The notes under the pieces: generated by a model
Database searches by the model: none
What the model was told of the DNA's origin: nothing
What the model saw: the letters and a program-made list of their open reading frames with translations, nothing else
Part shown: piece by piece, positions 15,644-25,079 of the stretch
How the letters are laid out: each line of letters opens with the position of its first letter
How positions within the stretch are numbered: the first letter of the stretch is position 1
Assembly: GCA_037134915.1 (NCBI GenBank)
Contig: JBAXLJ010000004.1
Span: forward strand, 40,702-104,701
DNA from: Candidatus Falkowbacteria bacterium
Lineage (GTDB): Bacteria; Patescibacteriota; Patescibacteriia; Patescibacteriales; UBA12465
Reading direction: 5' to 3'
DNA: 64,000 bases
Made by a program: the position numbers and the translations under genes

Positions 15644-17821
15644 ATGAACATTGGATTTAAAAAAAGTGGATCAACTCGCCCTCGCCGAGAGGGGCGGTAT
15701 TTATCTGGACTGGAAAATGAACACTCCGATCCTTTTATTGTTCGAGAAGGTAAATTTAGTTATGGGCAGCTTAAAGATGCTTCTTATTATTCGGATTGGA
15801 CTGAACATGTTTTTTTATCAGACGATGGGCAAAAGGAAGTTGTTGGCCGGACTTTTAATTTTTCCAAAATTTTTTATATCAAGGCTTTTTTAGGGCTTCT
15901 GTTTATTACCTTAATTTCTCGGGCGGCTTGGTTGCAGCTGATTAAAGGTAATTACTATTATTCTTTAGCCGAGGGGAATCGTTTAAGAGTGGAGTTAATT
16001 GAACCGAAACGAGGAATTATTTATGACCGTAACCTCGTGCCCTTAGTCAGAAATACCGCTAACTTTGTTTTGTATTTAAGACCAATAGATTTGCCTAAGG
16101 ACGACTTAGAGAGAGATAATTTAATTCGGCATGTCGCCGACATTCTGGATGAAGGCACGGTTTCCTTAAGTAAGTCGGCGGTCGCGCCGGTCGGCGAAAA
16201 TCTAGGCGGTCTATCTCTGGTAGCTGACACCCCTTCCTATTTTAAAATTAAAACTCTGTTGGATAAAATTGTTATTGGTTCTCTAGAATCTTACCAGCCC
16301 TTATTTGTGGTAGATAATATTGATTACGACCGGGCGATGGTTTTGTCTTTAGAATTAAATAAGTTACCAGGCGTTTTTCTATCTAACAAGATTCGTCGAG
16401 AATATATTTTTCCAGTTTTAGATGATAAGACTGGTGCCAAAGTTTCTAGTCTGTCACATCTTTTAGGTTACACCGGAAAAATTAGCGAGGCGGAGCTTAG
16501 TCGAATGGGAAGCGATTATTCCTTAATTGATTATGTAGGTAAAAGTGGTTTGGAATATTTTTGGGAGACTGATCTCAAAGGTTTAAGTGGCCGAAAAAAT
16601 ATTGAAGTTGACGCTTTGGGTCGCCAGAAAAAAGTGGTTAATGAGGTTCCGGCTAAAGACGGGGCTAATTTGCGACTAGCAATTGATTCTGAGTTACAAA
16701 AAAAGACCGAAGAGGTAGTCGGCGCTTATCTTAAAAAATTAAATTTAAAAAGAGCTTCAGTTATTATTATGAATCCGCAAAATGGCGAAGTTCTGGCTCT
16801 TCTGTCCCTGCCAGCTTATGATAACAATTATTTTGCTAAAGGCATCAGTCAGGATGATTATCAAAAGTATTTAACTGACCCGGATCGGCCTTTATTTAAT
16901 CGGGCAATTTCCGGAGAATTTCCTAGTGGTTCGACTTTTAAATTAGTCGTATCGTCGGCGGCCTTACAAGAAAAAGTAATTACCGAGACGACTAGTTTTA
17001 TTTCCACTGGCGGTTTGCGTTTAGGGCAGTGGTTTTTTCCTGACTGGAAAGCTGGTGGACATGGCGTCACTAATGTTAAAAAAGCTCTGGCTGATTCGGT
17101 TAATACTTTCTTCTATTATATCGGCGGCGGTTACCAAGACTTTATTGGTTTAGGCGTTGACCGTTTAGCTAAATATGCCAAGCTCTTTGGTATGGGGGTT
17201 AAAAGCGGTATTGATTTGCCTAACGAAGCGACTGGTTTTGTGCCGACCGCTGACTGGAAAAAAACCACTAAAGGGGAAAGTTGGTATATCGGTGATACTT
17301 ACCATTTTGCTATTGGGCAAGGCGATGTTTTAGTGACTCCGCTCCAAGTAGCTAATTTTACCGCCGCGGTGGCTAATGGTGGTAAGTTAATGGAACCACA
17401 TTTAGTTGATGCTATTTTAGATTCCAATAATAACGTGGTGCGGGAAATTGCGCCTCAGGTCATTAGGGAGAATTTTATCGATGCGGCTAATATCAATATT
17501 GTTAGAGAAGGCTTAAGGCAGACGGTTACCTCCGGTTCCGCGCGTAGTTTGCAAATTGTGCCAGTCCCAGTGGCCGGTAAGACAGGAACTGCTCAGTGGT
17601 CGACGAAGAAAGCGCCGCATGCTTGGTTTACTGGTTTTGCGCCTTATGATAACCCCCAGGTGGTAATTACTGTTATGGTTGAGGAAGGTAAGGAGGGGAG
17701 CACTGTGGCCGTCCCCATTGCCAGAGAAATTTTGCAATGGTATTTTGGCGGCCGCAGCCAAGCGACAACCACTGTACCGATTATTAATGCACCAACTTCA
17801 ACCGAGGTTTATCTGGACTAA
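15644..17821 (+). CDS. Class B penicillin-binding protein (PBP2-like transpeptidase)
   Basis: N-terminal TM, PKRGIIYDRN dimerisation-domain start, SGSTFK (SxxK) and KTGTAQ motifs. Confidence 0.85.
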   Translation: MNIGFKKSGSTRPRREGRYLSGLENEHSDPFIVREGKFSYGQLKDASYYSDWTEHVFLSDDGQKEVVGRTFNFSKIFYIKAFLGLLFITLISRAAWLQLIKGNYYYSLAEGNRLRVELIEPKRGIIYDRNLVPLVRNTANFVLYLRPIDLPKDDLERDNLIRHVADILDEGTVSLSKSAVAPVGENLGGLSLVADTPSYFKIKTLLDKIVIGSLESYQPLFVVDNIDYDRAMVLSLELNKLPGVFLSNKIRREYIFPVLDDKTGAKVSSLSHLLGYTGKISEAELSRMGSDYSLIDYVGKSGLEYFWETDLKGLSGRKNIEVDALGRQKKVVNEVPAKDGANLRLAIDSELQKKTEEVVGAYLKKLNLKRASVIIMNPQNGEVLALLSLPAYDNNYFAKGISQDDYQKYLTDPDRPLFNRAISGEFPSGSTFKLVVSSAALQEKVITETTSFISTGGLRLGQWFFPDWKAGGHGVTNVKKALADSVNTFFYYIGGGYQDFIGLGVDRLAKYAKLFGMGVKSGIDLPNEATGFVPTADWKKTTKGESWYIGDTYHFAIGQGDVLVTPLQVANFTAAVANGGKLMEPHLVDAILDSNNNVVREIAPQVIRENFIDAANINIVREGLRQTVTSGSARSLQIVPVPVAGKTGTAQWSTKKAPHAWFTGFAPYDNPQVVITVMVEEGKEGSTVAVPIAREILQWYFGGRSQATTTVPIINAPTSTEVYLD

Positions 17822-17842
17822 AAGTAGCTTATTTGATTCTAA

Positions 17843-17869
17843 TTAGCACTCTATTGACACGAGTGCTAA
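17843..17869. promoter_or_regulatory. CIRCE operator (HrcA binding site)
   Basis: Exact consensus TTAGCACTC-N9-GAGTGCTAA. Confidence 0.85.
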
Positions 17870-17882
17870 TTTTTTATATAAT
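17854..17882 (+). promoter_or_regulatory. Sigma70-like promoter of the hrcA operon, interleaved with CIRCE
   Basis: TTGACA (inside the CIRCE spacer)-N17-TATAAT. The right CIRCE arm fills the promoter spacer. Confidence 0.5.
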
Positions 17883-17903
17883 GGTTTTAAGACAAATAAT
17901 TAT

Positions 17904-18596
17904 ATGATTAGCGAACGAAAAAAAATTATTTTACAGACTATTATCAAGGAGTATCTTAAAAATGCTCAACCAGTCTCTTCTGGTATGTTGGTAGAAAAAT
18001 GTAAATTAGGAGTCTCACCAGCGACAGTTCGTAATGATATGGTTGAGCTCGAAGAAGAGGGGTATATTATCCAGCCTCACACTTCCGCTGGTCGAGTGCC
18101 CACGGAACTGGCTTACGAATTAGAACTGGAGGAACTTAAGCTTAATCGAGAAAAAAAGAATCTTAAGGAGCTGGAAACTAAATTATTGGATAATCTATTT
18201 TCTTATGAAGAGTTAGCTTTTAAGCAGACGGCTAAAGCAATTGCGGAACTAGCTAATTGTGCCGTTTTTTGGGCTTTTCATAAAAATGATTTGTACTATA
18301 CTGGACTTTCTAATTTGTTTGCCCAGCCGGAGTTCAAGCAGACGGAGATAGTTTATGACGTTTCAGTGGTAATTGATCACATGGAAGATATTATCGATGA
18401 GCTTTTTGAAGATTTAGAATATGGTCAACAAATTATGGTTGGCTCTAAAAATCCCTTTGGTAATTTTTTAAGTACAGTTCTAGTTAAATACAAAAAAGAT
18501 AATCAGTCGGGAGTTTTCGGTCTCATGGGTCCGACCCGTATGGATTATGCTCATAATTTGGCTCTGGTAAATTATATAAAAAGTAAATTTGAATAA
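17904..18596 (+). CDS. hrcA: Heat-inducible repressor HrcA (short form, 230 aa)
   Basis: N-terminal wHTH (ERKKIILQTIIKEYLKNAQPVSSGMLV...VSPATVRNDMVELEEEGYI.QPHTSAGRVPT). Sits at the CIRCE/grpE position. Confidence 0.8.
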   Translation: MISERKKIILQTIIKEYLKNAQPVSSGMLVEKCKLGVSPATVRNDMVELEEEGYIIQPHTSAGRVPTELAYELELEELKLNREKKNLKELETKLLDNLFSYEELAFKQTAKAIAELANCAVFWAFHKNDLYYTGLSNLFAQPEFKQTEIVYDVSVVIDHMEDIIDELFEDLEYGQQIMVGSKNPFGNFLSTVLVKYKKDNQSGVFGLMGPTRMDYAHNLALVNYIKSKFE

Positions 18597-18598
18597 AT

Positions 18599-19387
18599 AT
18601 GGAAGACAAAACAACAATCTCGGCGGTTAACGGTTTTTTCTTAAATGACCGGGACGAAATTCTCTTGGTTAAAGAAAAAGGTGCTAGCACCTGGCTCGCT
18701 TTATCGGGGCTGCTTAAAACAGGTGAAAGTCCTAAGAAAGTTTTAGAAAATAAAGCCGAGAAAGAAATTAATTTAAGTGGTGGTGAACTTAGCCTTTTTG
18801 ACGCCGGCTTTGTGGATAATATCTTAATGATTAGATATTTAGTACAGAATTTCAGTGGTGAGGTGGCGCTTGCAGGTAAATACGAAGAATTTATCTGGGT
18901 TAAATTAGCAGAGGCTAAAAATCAAGAAAATCTTTGTCCTCATGTTAAAAAGGCTCTTCATAAAATTGAAGACCTGGTTTCAGGTCAAGATTTTGAGAAT
19001 AAATATCGTCGCGCTCTGGCTGATTACCAAAATTTACTTAAAAACACCGCTCAGGAAAAAAGTGATTTCGCTAAATACGCCATTTCTGATCTCTTGCACG
19101 ATATTATTCCGGTTTACGATCATTTAAAAATGTCACTTTCTAACTTGCCAACCGAAGAAGAAAATAGTGCCTGGGTAACCGGTGTTAAATATGTTTTAAA
19201 ACAATTTAAAGAAGCCTTGGAATCTCGAGGTGTAGTGGAAATTAAAACGGTTGGCGAAAAATTTGATCATAATACGATGGAAGCACTAGAAGGGCAAGGA
19301 GAAATTGTGGCCCGTGAAGTAATGTCGGGTTATATGCTAAATGGCCGATTGTTTCGGGCCGCTAAAGTCGCCGTTAGGGATAAGTAA
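18599..19387 (+). CDS. grpE: GrpE nucleotide-exchange factor with N-terminal degenerate Nudix-like domain
   Basis: The C-terminal ~130 aa are GrpE-like (ENKYRRALADYQNLLKNT ... VMSGYMLNGRLFRAAKVAV). The N-terminal ~125 aa follow the Nudix-fold pattern. Confidence 0.85.
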   Translation: MEDKTTISAVNGFFLNDRDEILLVKEKGASTWLALSGLLKTGESPKKVLENKAEKEINLSGGELSLFDAGFVDNILMIRYLVQNFSGEVALAGKYEEFIWVKLAEAKNQENLCPHVKKALHKIEDLVSGQDFENKYRRALADYQNLLKNTAQEKSDFAKYAISDLLHDIIPVYDHLKMSLSNLPTEEENSAWVTGVKYVLKQFKEALESRGVVEIKTVGEKFDHNTMEALEGQGEIVAREVMSGYMLNGRLFRAAKVAVRDK

Positions 19388-19449
19388 TTTATATTTTTTG
19401 GCATCTATCTTAGAATTTAAGATTTTGCCGAAAAAAATATTTTAATAAT

Positions 19450-19890
19450 ATGTCACTTATTAAATGGACCCCATTCTTCGCTGACAATTTTAACGAAGGT
19501 GAGCTAGATAAAATATTTTCTGATAATTTACCGGTTATTTCCGGTAATCAATTTGGCTTTACCCCGGCAGTTGATGTGTATGAAGATAAAGATAGTATTA
19601 CTATTGAAACCCAACTGGCAGGAATAGATCCAGATAAAGTGGATATCTCTATTGAGAACAACGTCTTAAGCATTAAAGGCGAAAGTGAAAAGAAGCGGGA
19701 AATTGATGAAAAGAATTATTATCGCAAGGAAATTCGTCGCGGTTCTTTTTACCGCTCGATTCCGCTACCTACCAGAGTCAACGGCGACGCCGCTAAAGCG
19801 ACCGCTGAAGGCGGGATTTTAAAGATTGTTGTGCCTAAGGCCGAAGAAGTAAAACCAAAAACTATCAAGATTGAAACTACTAAAAAATAA
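19450..19890 (+). CDS. Small heat-shock protein, Hsp20/alpha-crystallin family
   Basis: PAVDVYEDKDSITIETQLAGIDPDKVDISIENNVLSIKGE ... GILKIVVPK. Confidence 0.9.
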   Translation: MSLIKWTPFFADNFNEGELDKIFSDNLPVISGNQFGFTPAVDVYEDKDSITIETQLAGIDPDKVDISIENNVLSIKGESEKKREIDEKNYYRKEIRRGSFYRSIPLPTRVNGDAAKATAEGGILKIVVPKAEEVKPKTIKIETTKK

Positions 19891-19907
19891 TTTTTTATCC
19901 TCATACT

Positions 19908-19932
19908 CGGCACTTGAAAATTTAAAGTGCCG
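19908..19932. promoter_or_regulatory. CIRCE-like inverted repeat upstream of dnaK
   Basis: CGGCACTT-N9-AAGTGCCG keeps the GCACT-N11-AGTGC core and spacing of CIRCE. No T-run follows. TATAAT lies at 19948-19953. Confidence 0.4.
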
Positions 19933-19965
19933 GAATTTGTGGATAAATATAATAATTAAAAATAT

Positions 19966-21861
19966 ATGGGAAAAATTTTAGGAATTGATTTAGGGACAAC
20001 TAATAGTGCGATGGCCATTATGGAGGGCGGTGCGCCCAAGATTTTAGAAAACATTGAAGGTAACCGAACAACGCCATCAGTGATTGCGGTTTCCAAAAAT
20101 AACGAACGTTTAGTTGGTCAGGCAGCTAAAAGACAAGCGGTGATTAATCCAGAAAATACGGTTTACGCCGTTAAACGTTTAATCGGTCGTCATTTTAAAG
20201 ATGATGAAGTTCAGCGTGATTTAGGCACTATGCCTTATAAAATCGTTCAAGCTGGCGAAGGCGTTAAGGTAAAAATGGGCGACAATGAATATACTCCGCA
20301 AGAAGCCTCAGCAATGATTCTAGCTAAAATGAAAGCCGATGCTGAAGCTAAGACCGGTGAAACAATTACGGAAGCAATTATCACCGTCCCCGCTTATTTT
20401 GATGATGCGCAGCGCCAAGCGACTAAAGACGCTGGTTTAATCGCTGGCTTAGATGTTAAAAGAATTATTAATGAACCGACCGCCGCGGCCCTAGCTTATG
20501 GTTTCGATAAAAAGCAGGGACAAAAAATTGTCGTTTATGATTTAGGCGGTGGTACTTTTGATGTTTCGGTGTTAGATATTTCCGCCGACACGGTTGAAGT
20601 AAAATCAACTAACGGTGATACCCATTTGGGTGGTGAAGATTTTGATAAGCGAATTATTGACTGGATTATTGCGGAATTTAAAAAAGACCAGGGAATTGAT
20701 TTATCAAAAGATACTTTAGCTTTGCAGCGAATTAAAGAGTCAGCCGAGAAAGCTAAGATTGAATTATCAACAGCCCTAGAAACAGAAATTAATCAACCTT
20801 TTATTTCCACCGACGCTAATGGCCCCAAACATTTAGTGATGAAAATTTCCCGCGCTAAACTAGAATCTTTAGTTGGCGACCTGGTTGAAAAAACTATTGA
20901 GCCCTGCAAAAAAGCTTTGGCTGATTCCGGTTTTAGCTTATCGGATATCAATGAAGTTTTAATGGTTGGGGGTATGACCCGTATGCCTTTAGTTTTGCAA
21001 AAGGTGAAGGAATATTTTGGTAAGGAACCTAATTTAAGTGTTAATCCTGATGAAGTGGTGGCCCTTGGGGCCGCGGTTCAAGCTGGTGTTTTACAAGGTG
21101 ACGTTAAAGACGTTTTACTCTTGGATGTTACTCCTTTAACTTTAGGCATTGAAACTATGGGTGGCGTTGCTACGGCCTTAATTGATCGTAACACAACTAT
21201 CCCCACTTCTAAGTCTCAAACATTTTCCACGGCCGCTGATAGTCAGAGCAGCGTGGAGATTCATATTGTCCAAGGCGAACGCCCAATGGCTCATGATAAT
21301 AAGACTTTAGGACGCTTTATTTTAGATGGTATTCCCGCAGCACCTCGAGGTGTTCCACAAATTGAAGTTAAATTTGATATTGATGCTAATGGAATTTTAA
21401 ATGTGAGCGCCACCGACAAGGCAACTAGCAAGGTTCAAAAAATTACCATCACGGCTTCATCTGGTTTATCTAAGGAAGAAGTGGAACGAATGAAGAAAGA
21501 AGCGGAAGCTCACGCTGAAGAAGATAAGAAAAAGAAAGAAGAAGTGGAAATGGTAAACCAAGCCGATGCGGTTATTTTCACGACTGAAAAAATGCTTAAA
21601 GAATCTGGCGATAAGATGAAAGCGGAAGATAAAACTGAACTGGAGACTAAAGTCGCCGAGCTTAAAAAAGCTAAAGAAGCTAATGATTTAGTGGCAATAA
21701 AAAAGAGTTTAGAAGATGTTAACACTGTAGCTCAGAAGATCGGCGCGGCGATGTATCAAGCCGCTAGTCCAGAAGCGGGAGCCGCTGGGACTAACCCGGA
21801 AGCCACTACGGAAGAAAAAAAAGATGAGGTGGTTGAAGGTGAAGTTGAAGAAAAGAAATAA
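19966..21861 (+). CDS. dnaK: Chaperone DnaK (Hsp70)
   Basis: [27 protein letters not shown]. Full-length 631 aa. Confidence 0.97.
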   Translation: MGKILGIDLGTTNSAMAIMEGGAPKILENIEGNRTTPSVIAVSKNNERLVGQAAKRQAVINPENTVYAVKRLIGRHFKDDEVQRDLGTMPYKIVQAGEGVKVKMGDNEYTPQEASAMILAKMKADAEAKTGETITEAIITVPAYFDDAQRQATKDAGLIAGLDVKRIINEPTAAALAYGFDKKQGQKIVVYDLGGGTFDVSVLDISADTVEVKSTNGDTHLGGEDFDKRIIDWIIAEFKKDQGIDLSKDTLALQRIKESAEKAKIELSTALETEINQPFISTDANGPKHLVMKISRAKLESLVGDLVEKTIEPCKKALADSGFSLSDINEVLMVGGMTRMPLVLQKVKEYFGKEPNLSVNPDEVVALGAAVQAGVLQGDVKDVLLLDVTPLTLGIETMGGVATALIDRNTTIPTSKSQTFSTAADSQSSVEIHIVQGERPMAHDNKTLGRFILDGIPAAPRGVPQIEVKFDIDANGILNVSATDKATSKVQKITITASSGLSKEEVERMKKEAEAHAEEDKKKKEEVEMVNQADAVIFTTEKMLKESGDKMKAEDKTELETKVAELKKAKEANDLVAIKKSLEDVNTVAQKIGAAMYQAASPEAGAAGTNPEATTEEKKDEVVEGEVEEKK

Positions 21862-21875
21862 TTTATATTTTATAG

Positions 21876-21906
21876 ATCACCTCTATTTTTTAGAGGTGAT
21901 TTGTTA
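21876..21906 (+). terminator. Hairpin after dnaK
   Basis: ATCACCTCTA / TAGAGGTGAT stem with a TTTTT loop, followed by a T-rich tail. Confidence 0.55.
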
Positions 21907-21917
21907 AGAATTAAATT

Positions 21918-23003
21918 ATGTCAAAAGATTATTACAATATTTTAGGCGTGGCTAAGGATGCTAGCGCCGAAGAAATAAAAACCGCTTTTCGTAAAAAAGC
22001 TCATCAGCATCATCCAGACAAAGGTGGTGACGCCGAGAAATTTAAAGAACTCAATGAGGCCTATCAAGTTTTAGGTCACGCTGATAAACGTCAGCAATAT
22101 GATCAATTTGGTTCTGCTTTTCAAAATGGTCAAGCCGGTGGCCGGGGCGGATATAATCCTGGCAACATGGGTGGTTTTGACTTTTCCGGATTTAGTGGTG
22201 GTGGCGTCGATATGGATGATTTATTTGGCGGTTTTGGCGATATTTTTGGCTTTGGCGGTGGTAGGAATACCTCAAAAAGAGCTAAACAGGGTAATGATTT
22301 AGAAATGGTGGTTAATTTGGAATTTAAAGAGGCGGCCTTTGGTCTAGAAAAAGAACTTACTTTTTCTAAAAATATCGTTTGTCATCATTGTCAGGGAATT
22401 GGTGCTGAACCAGGAACCAAGATTGAAACTTGCGCCACTTGTGGTGGGTCAGGACAGGTTATTGGCGTCCAAAGAACCATCTTGGGTAATATCCAGACTA
22501 GAATGACCTGCTCAACTTGTCACGGTGAGGGTAAGATTTATAATACCAAATGCTCTAAATGTCACGGAGTTGGACTTAACCGTGAATCAGTGAAACTAAA
22601 AGTTAAGATTCCGGCCGGAATTAATGATGGTGAATCGATTCGTTTAAGCGGACAAGGCGAAGCCGGGGAAAAAGGAGCCGCTTCCGGGGATTTATATTTA
22701 AGAGTACGCGTCGCTAAACATCCTCTATTTGTTAGAAATAACTATGACATTAATACTGAAGAGTCAATTAGCGTTAAGCAAGCTATTTTAGGTGATAAAA
22801 TTGAAGTTGAAACGATTTATGGTCCAGTTAATCTGAAGATTCCGGAGGGCACTCAGTCAGGAACAACCTTTAAACTAAAGGAAAAGGGGGTAACTAAGCT
22901 AAATAATCGGGGCGTCGGAGATCAATACGTTAAGATTAATGTAAAAATTCCCAAAGATTTAAGTAAAAAAGAGCGTGGCCTCTTAGAAAGTCTCGATATT
23001 TAA
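21918..23003 (+). CDS. dnaJ: Co-chaperone DnaJ
   Basis: J domain with HPD, a G/F-rich region and four CxxCxGxG zinc-finger repeats. Confidence 0.95.
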   Translation: MSKDYYNILGVAKDASAEEIKTAFRKKAHQHHPDKGGDAEKFKELNEAYQVLGHADKRQQYDQFGSAFQNGQAGGRGGYNPGNMGGFDFSGFSGGGVDMDDLFGGFGDIFGFGGGRNTSKRAKQGNDLEMVVNLEFKEAAFGLEKELTFSKNIVCHHCQGIGAEPGTKIETCATCGGSGQVIGVQRTILGNIQTRMTCSTCHGEGKIYNTKCSKCHGVGLNRESVKLKVKIPAGINDGESIRLSGQGEAGEKGAASGDLYLRVRVAKHPLFVRNNYDINTEESISVKQAILGDKIEVETIYGPVNLKIPEGTQSGTTFKLKEKGVTKLNNRGVGDQYVKINVKIPKDLSKKERGLLESLDI

Positions 23004-23053
23004 GAAAATAGTTGTAAAAATAGCGATTTAGCGCTATCTTATAAAAATAAGAA

Positions 23054-23090
23054 GGCGGAAATAACACAGCTTATTATCTCCGTTTTTTTA
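23054..23090 (+). terminator. Weak hairpin plus T7 after dnaJ
   Basis: Imperfect CGGAAATAA / TTATTATCTCCG stem followed by TTTTTTT. Confidence 0.4.
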
Positions 23091-23111
23091 TTTTTTGGTA
23101 AAATCCTAGAG

Positions 23112-23140
23112 TTGACACAAAAATTTTTTTGAGCTATAAA
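23112..23140 (+). promoter_or_regulatory. Sigma70-like promoter of the atp cluster
   Basis: TTGACA-N17-TATAAA, then the AAGGTGG ribosome-binding site before ATG 23152. Confidence 0.5.
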
Positions 23141-23151
23141 AAAGGTGGTTT

Positions 23152-23400
23152 ATGAAAATAAATTATTCAGGATCAATTTTAAGATTATTGTTTAATATTA
23201 CTTCTTGGATTGTTGGTCCGGTGCTAGTCGGGGTCTTTTTAGGTAAATGGTTGGATCAAAAATTCAACACCGATCCTTGGCTTTTTTTAGCCTCAGTTGG
23301 TTTTTGTTTTTTGGTTTCTATGTTTGGTCTAGTGAGAAAGGCGCTGCAAGAATTTAAAAAAATTGAAGAAGAGTATAAAAAAGACGAGAAAAAACAGTAA
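23152..23400 (+). CDS. AtpZ/AtpI-like small membrane protein
   Basis: 82 aa with two TM helices (GPVLVGVFLGKWLD...). Occupies the first position of the atp operon. Confidence 0.6.
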   Translation: MKINYSGSILRLLFNITSWIVGPVLVGVFLGKWLDQKFNTDPWLFLASVGFCFLVSMFGLVRKALQEFKKIEEEYKKDEKKQ

Positions 23401-23402
23401 AT

Positions 23403-24248
23403 ATGTCTCAAACAATTACTTCAACAAATAATTTGGCTCAAATGGAAATTATCCATGAAAGCACTCTGTACGCCGAACCAATCGGTCATATTGGCGGCTT
23501 TCAAATTACCAATTCTTTAAGCACTTCCGTGGTGGCCTTCTGTATTATTGTGACTTTAAGTTTTTTAATTGGCCGTAAAATTAAAAAAGTCCCAACGGGA
23601 ATTCAAAACGCTTTCGAAATGATAATCGAAGGCTTTTTAGATTTATTTGATAGTGTCACCGGCGATCATAAAAAGTCCTTGAAATTTGCGCCTTTAGTTT
23701 TAACCTTCTTTTTCTTTATCTTGATAAATAATTGGATGGGTCTATTGCCTGGAGTCGGTTCTATCGGCCAAGTAGTTAGTCACGGTGGTGAGAATTTTTT
23801 TATCCCTTATCTTCGAGGAGCGACAGCCGATTTAAATACGACTTTGGCGCTAGCTACTATAGGCGTTGTTATTAGTCATATTTTAGGAGTCATGTCTTTA
23901 GGGGCTTGGAATTATTTAAATAAGTTTATTAATTTTAAGGCTTTACTGGAAATACCTAAAAAAGTTTTGAAAGATCCGACTATTTTGATCATTAATCCGA
24001 TTAAGATTTTTGTCGGTTTTATTGAAATAATCAGTGAGCTGGCTAAAGTTGCGAGTCTCTCTTTCCGTTTATTTGGTAATGTTTTTGCTGGTGAAGTGCT
24101 ATTAGCTTCGATGTCAGCGATCTTAGCCTTTGGTTTGCCTATTCCTTTCTTGTTTTTGGAAGTTTTAGTAGGACTAATTCAAGCCCTTATTTTTGCGATG
24201 TTAATTTTGACATATCTAACAATTAACACGACCGCTGAGGAACACTAA
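23403..24248 (+). CDS. atpB: F-type ATP synthase subunit a
   Basis: LSFRLFGNVFAGE motif with the essential Arg. Polytopic. Confidence 0.9.
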   Translation: MSQTITSTNNLAQMEIIHESTLYAEPIGHIGGFQITNSLSTSVVAFCIIVTLSFLIGRKIKKVPTGIQNAFEMIIEGFLDLFDSVTGDHKKSLKFAPLVLTFFFFILINNWMGLLPGVGSIGQVVSHGGENFFIPYLRGATADLNTTLALATIGVVISHILGVMSLGAWNYLNKFINFKALLEIPKKVLKDPTILIINPIKIFVGFIEIISELAKVASLSFRLFGNVFAGEVLLASMSAILAFGLPIPFLFLEVLVGLIQALIFAMLILTYLTINTTAEEH

Positions 24249-24291
24249 TAAAGATATAAAATAACAGACATTTGTAGATGTTAATCTATGA

Positions 24292-24519
<228 letters not shown>

Positions 24520-24587
24520 TAGACTGACGAACTTTTCCGGACTTATCCGGGGAAGTGGTTAGTAAATTATTTTAAATTTTATTAAAT

Positions 24588-25076
24588 ATGGAATCATTAA
24601 TTTCCGCTTTTCACATCGATTTGGGTTTGTTTATTGCTCAGCTGATTAATTTTGGCTTAGTGTTTTCCGTTTTGTATTTTTTCGCTTTTAAGCCGCTGGT
24701 AAAAACTATGGGCGAAAGATCAGAGAGAATTGGTCAAAGTTTAAAAGATGCAGATGAGATTGAAAAAAGACTGGCTCAAACTGAAATCGAACAGTCTGAC
24801 ATTATTTCCGCCGCCAAGAAACAGGCTAATCTAATTATTGAAAATGCTGACCAGCGCGGCGAGGAAAGACGACAGGAATTAATTAATAAAGCTAAAGAAG
24901 ATATTGGACAAGTAATTAATGTTGAAAGAGAAAAATTAGTTCGTGATAAAGCGGAAACCTTAAAAGAAATCAAGGCAGAAGTTGCTGATTTAGTTGTGCT
25001 GACCGTTGAAAAATTGTTAAATGAAAAAATGACTAGCGACAAAGATCAAGAATTAATTAAAAAGTTGGTTAAGTAA
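24588..25076 (+). CDS. atpF: F-type ATP synthase subunit b
   Basis: One N-terminal TM followed by a long charged helix. Confidence 0.85.
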   Translation: MESLISAFHIDLGLFIAQLINFGLVFSVLYFFAFKPLVKTMGERSERIGQSLKDADEIEKRLAQTEIEQSDIISAAKKQANLIIENADQRGEERRQELINKAKEDIGQVINVEREKLVRDKAETLKEIKAEVADLVVLTVEKLLNEKMTSDKDQELIKKLVK

Positions 25077-25079
25077 TTT

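Noticed and set aside
19388-19449. Small palindrome ATCTTA-GAATT-TAAGAT in the grpE-hsp20 spacer, considered as a regulatory site.
   Set aside because: It is only 6 bp per arm and AT-rich in AT-rich DNA, so it is not distinguishable from chance.
24520-24587. Possible hairpin (TTCCGG...CCGGGGA) between atpE and atpF.
   Set aside because: Only 4-5 bp can pair, around a self-complementary CCGG, and there is no T-run. It is not convincing as a terminator or attenuator.
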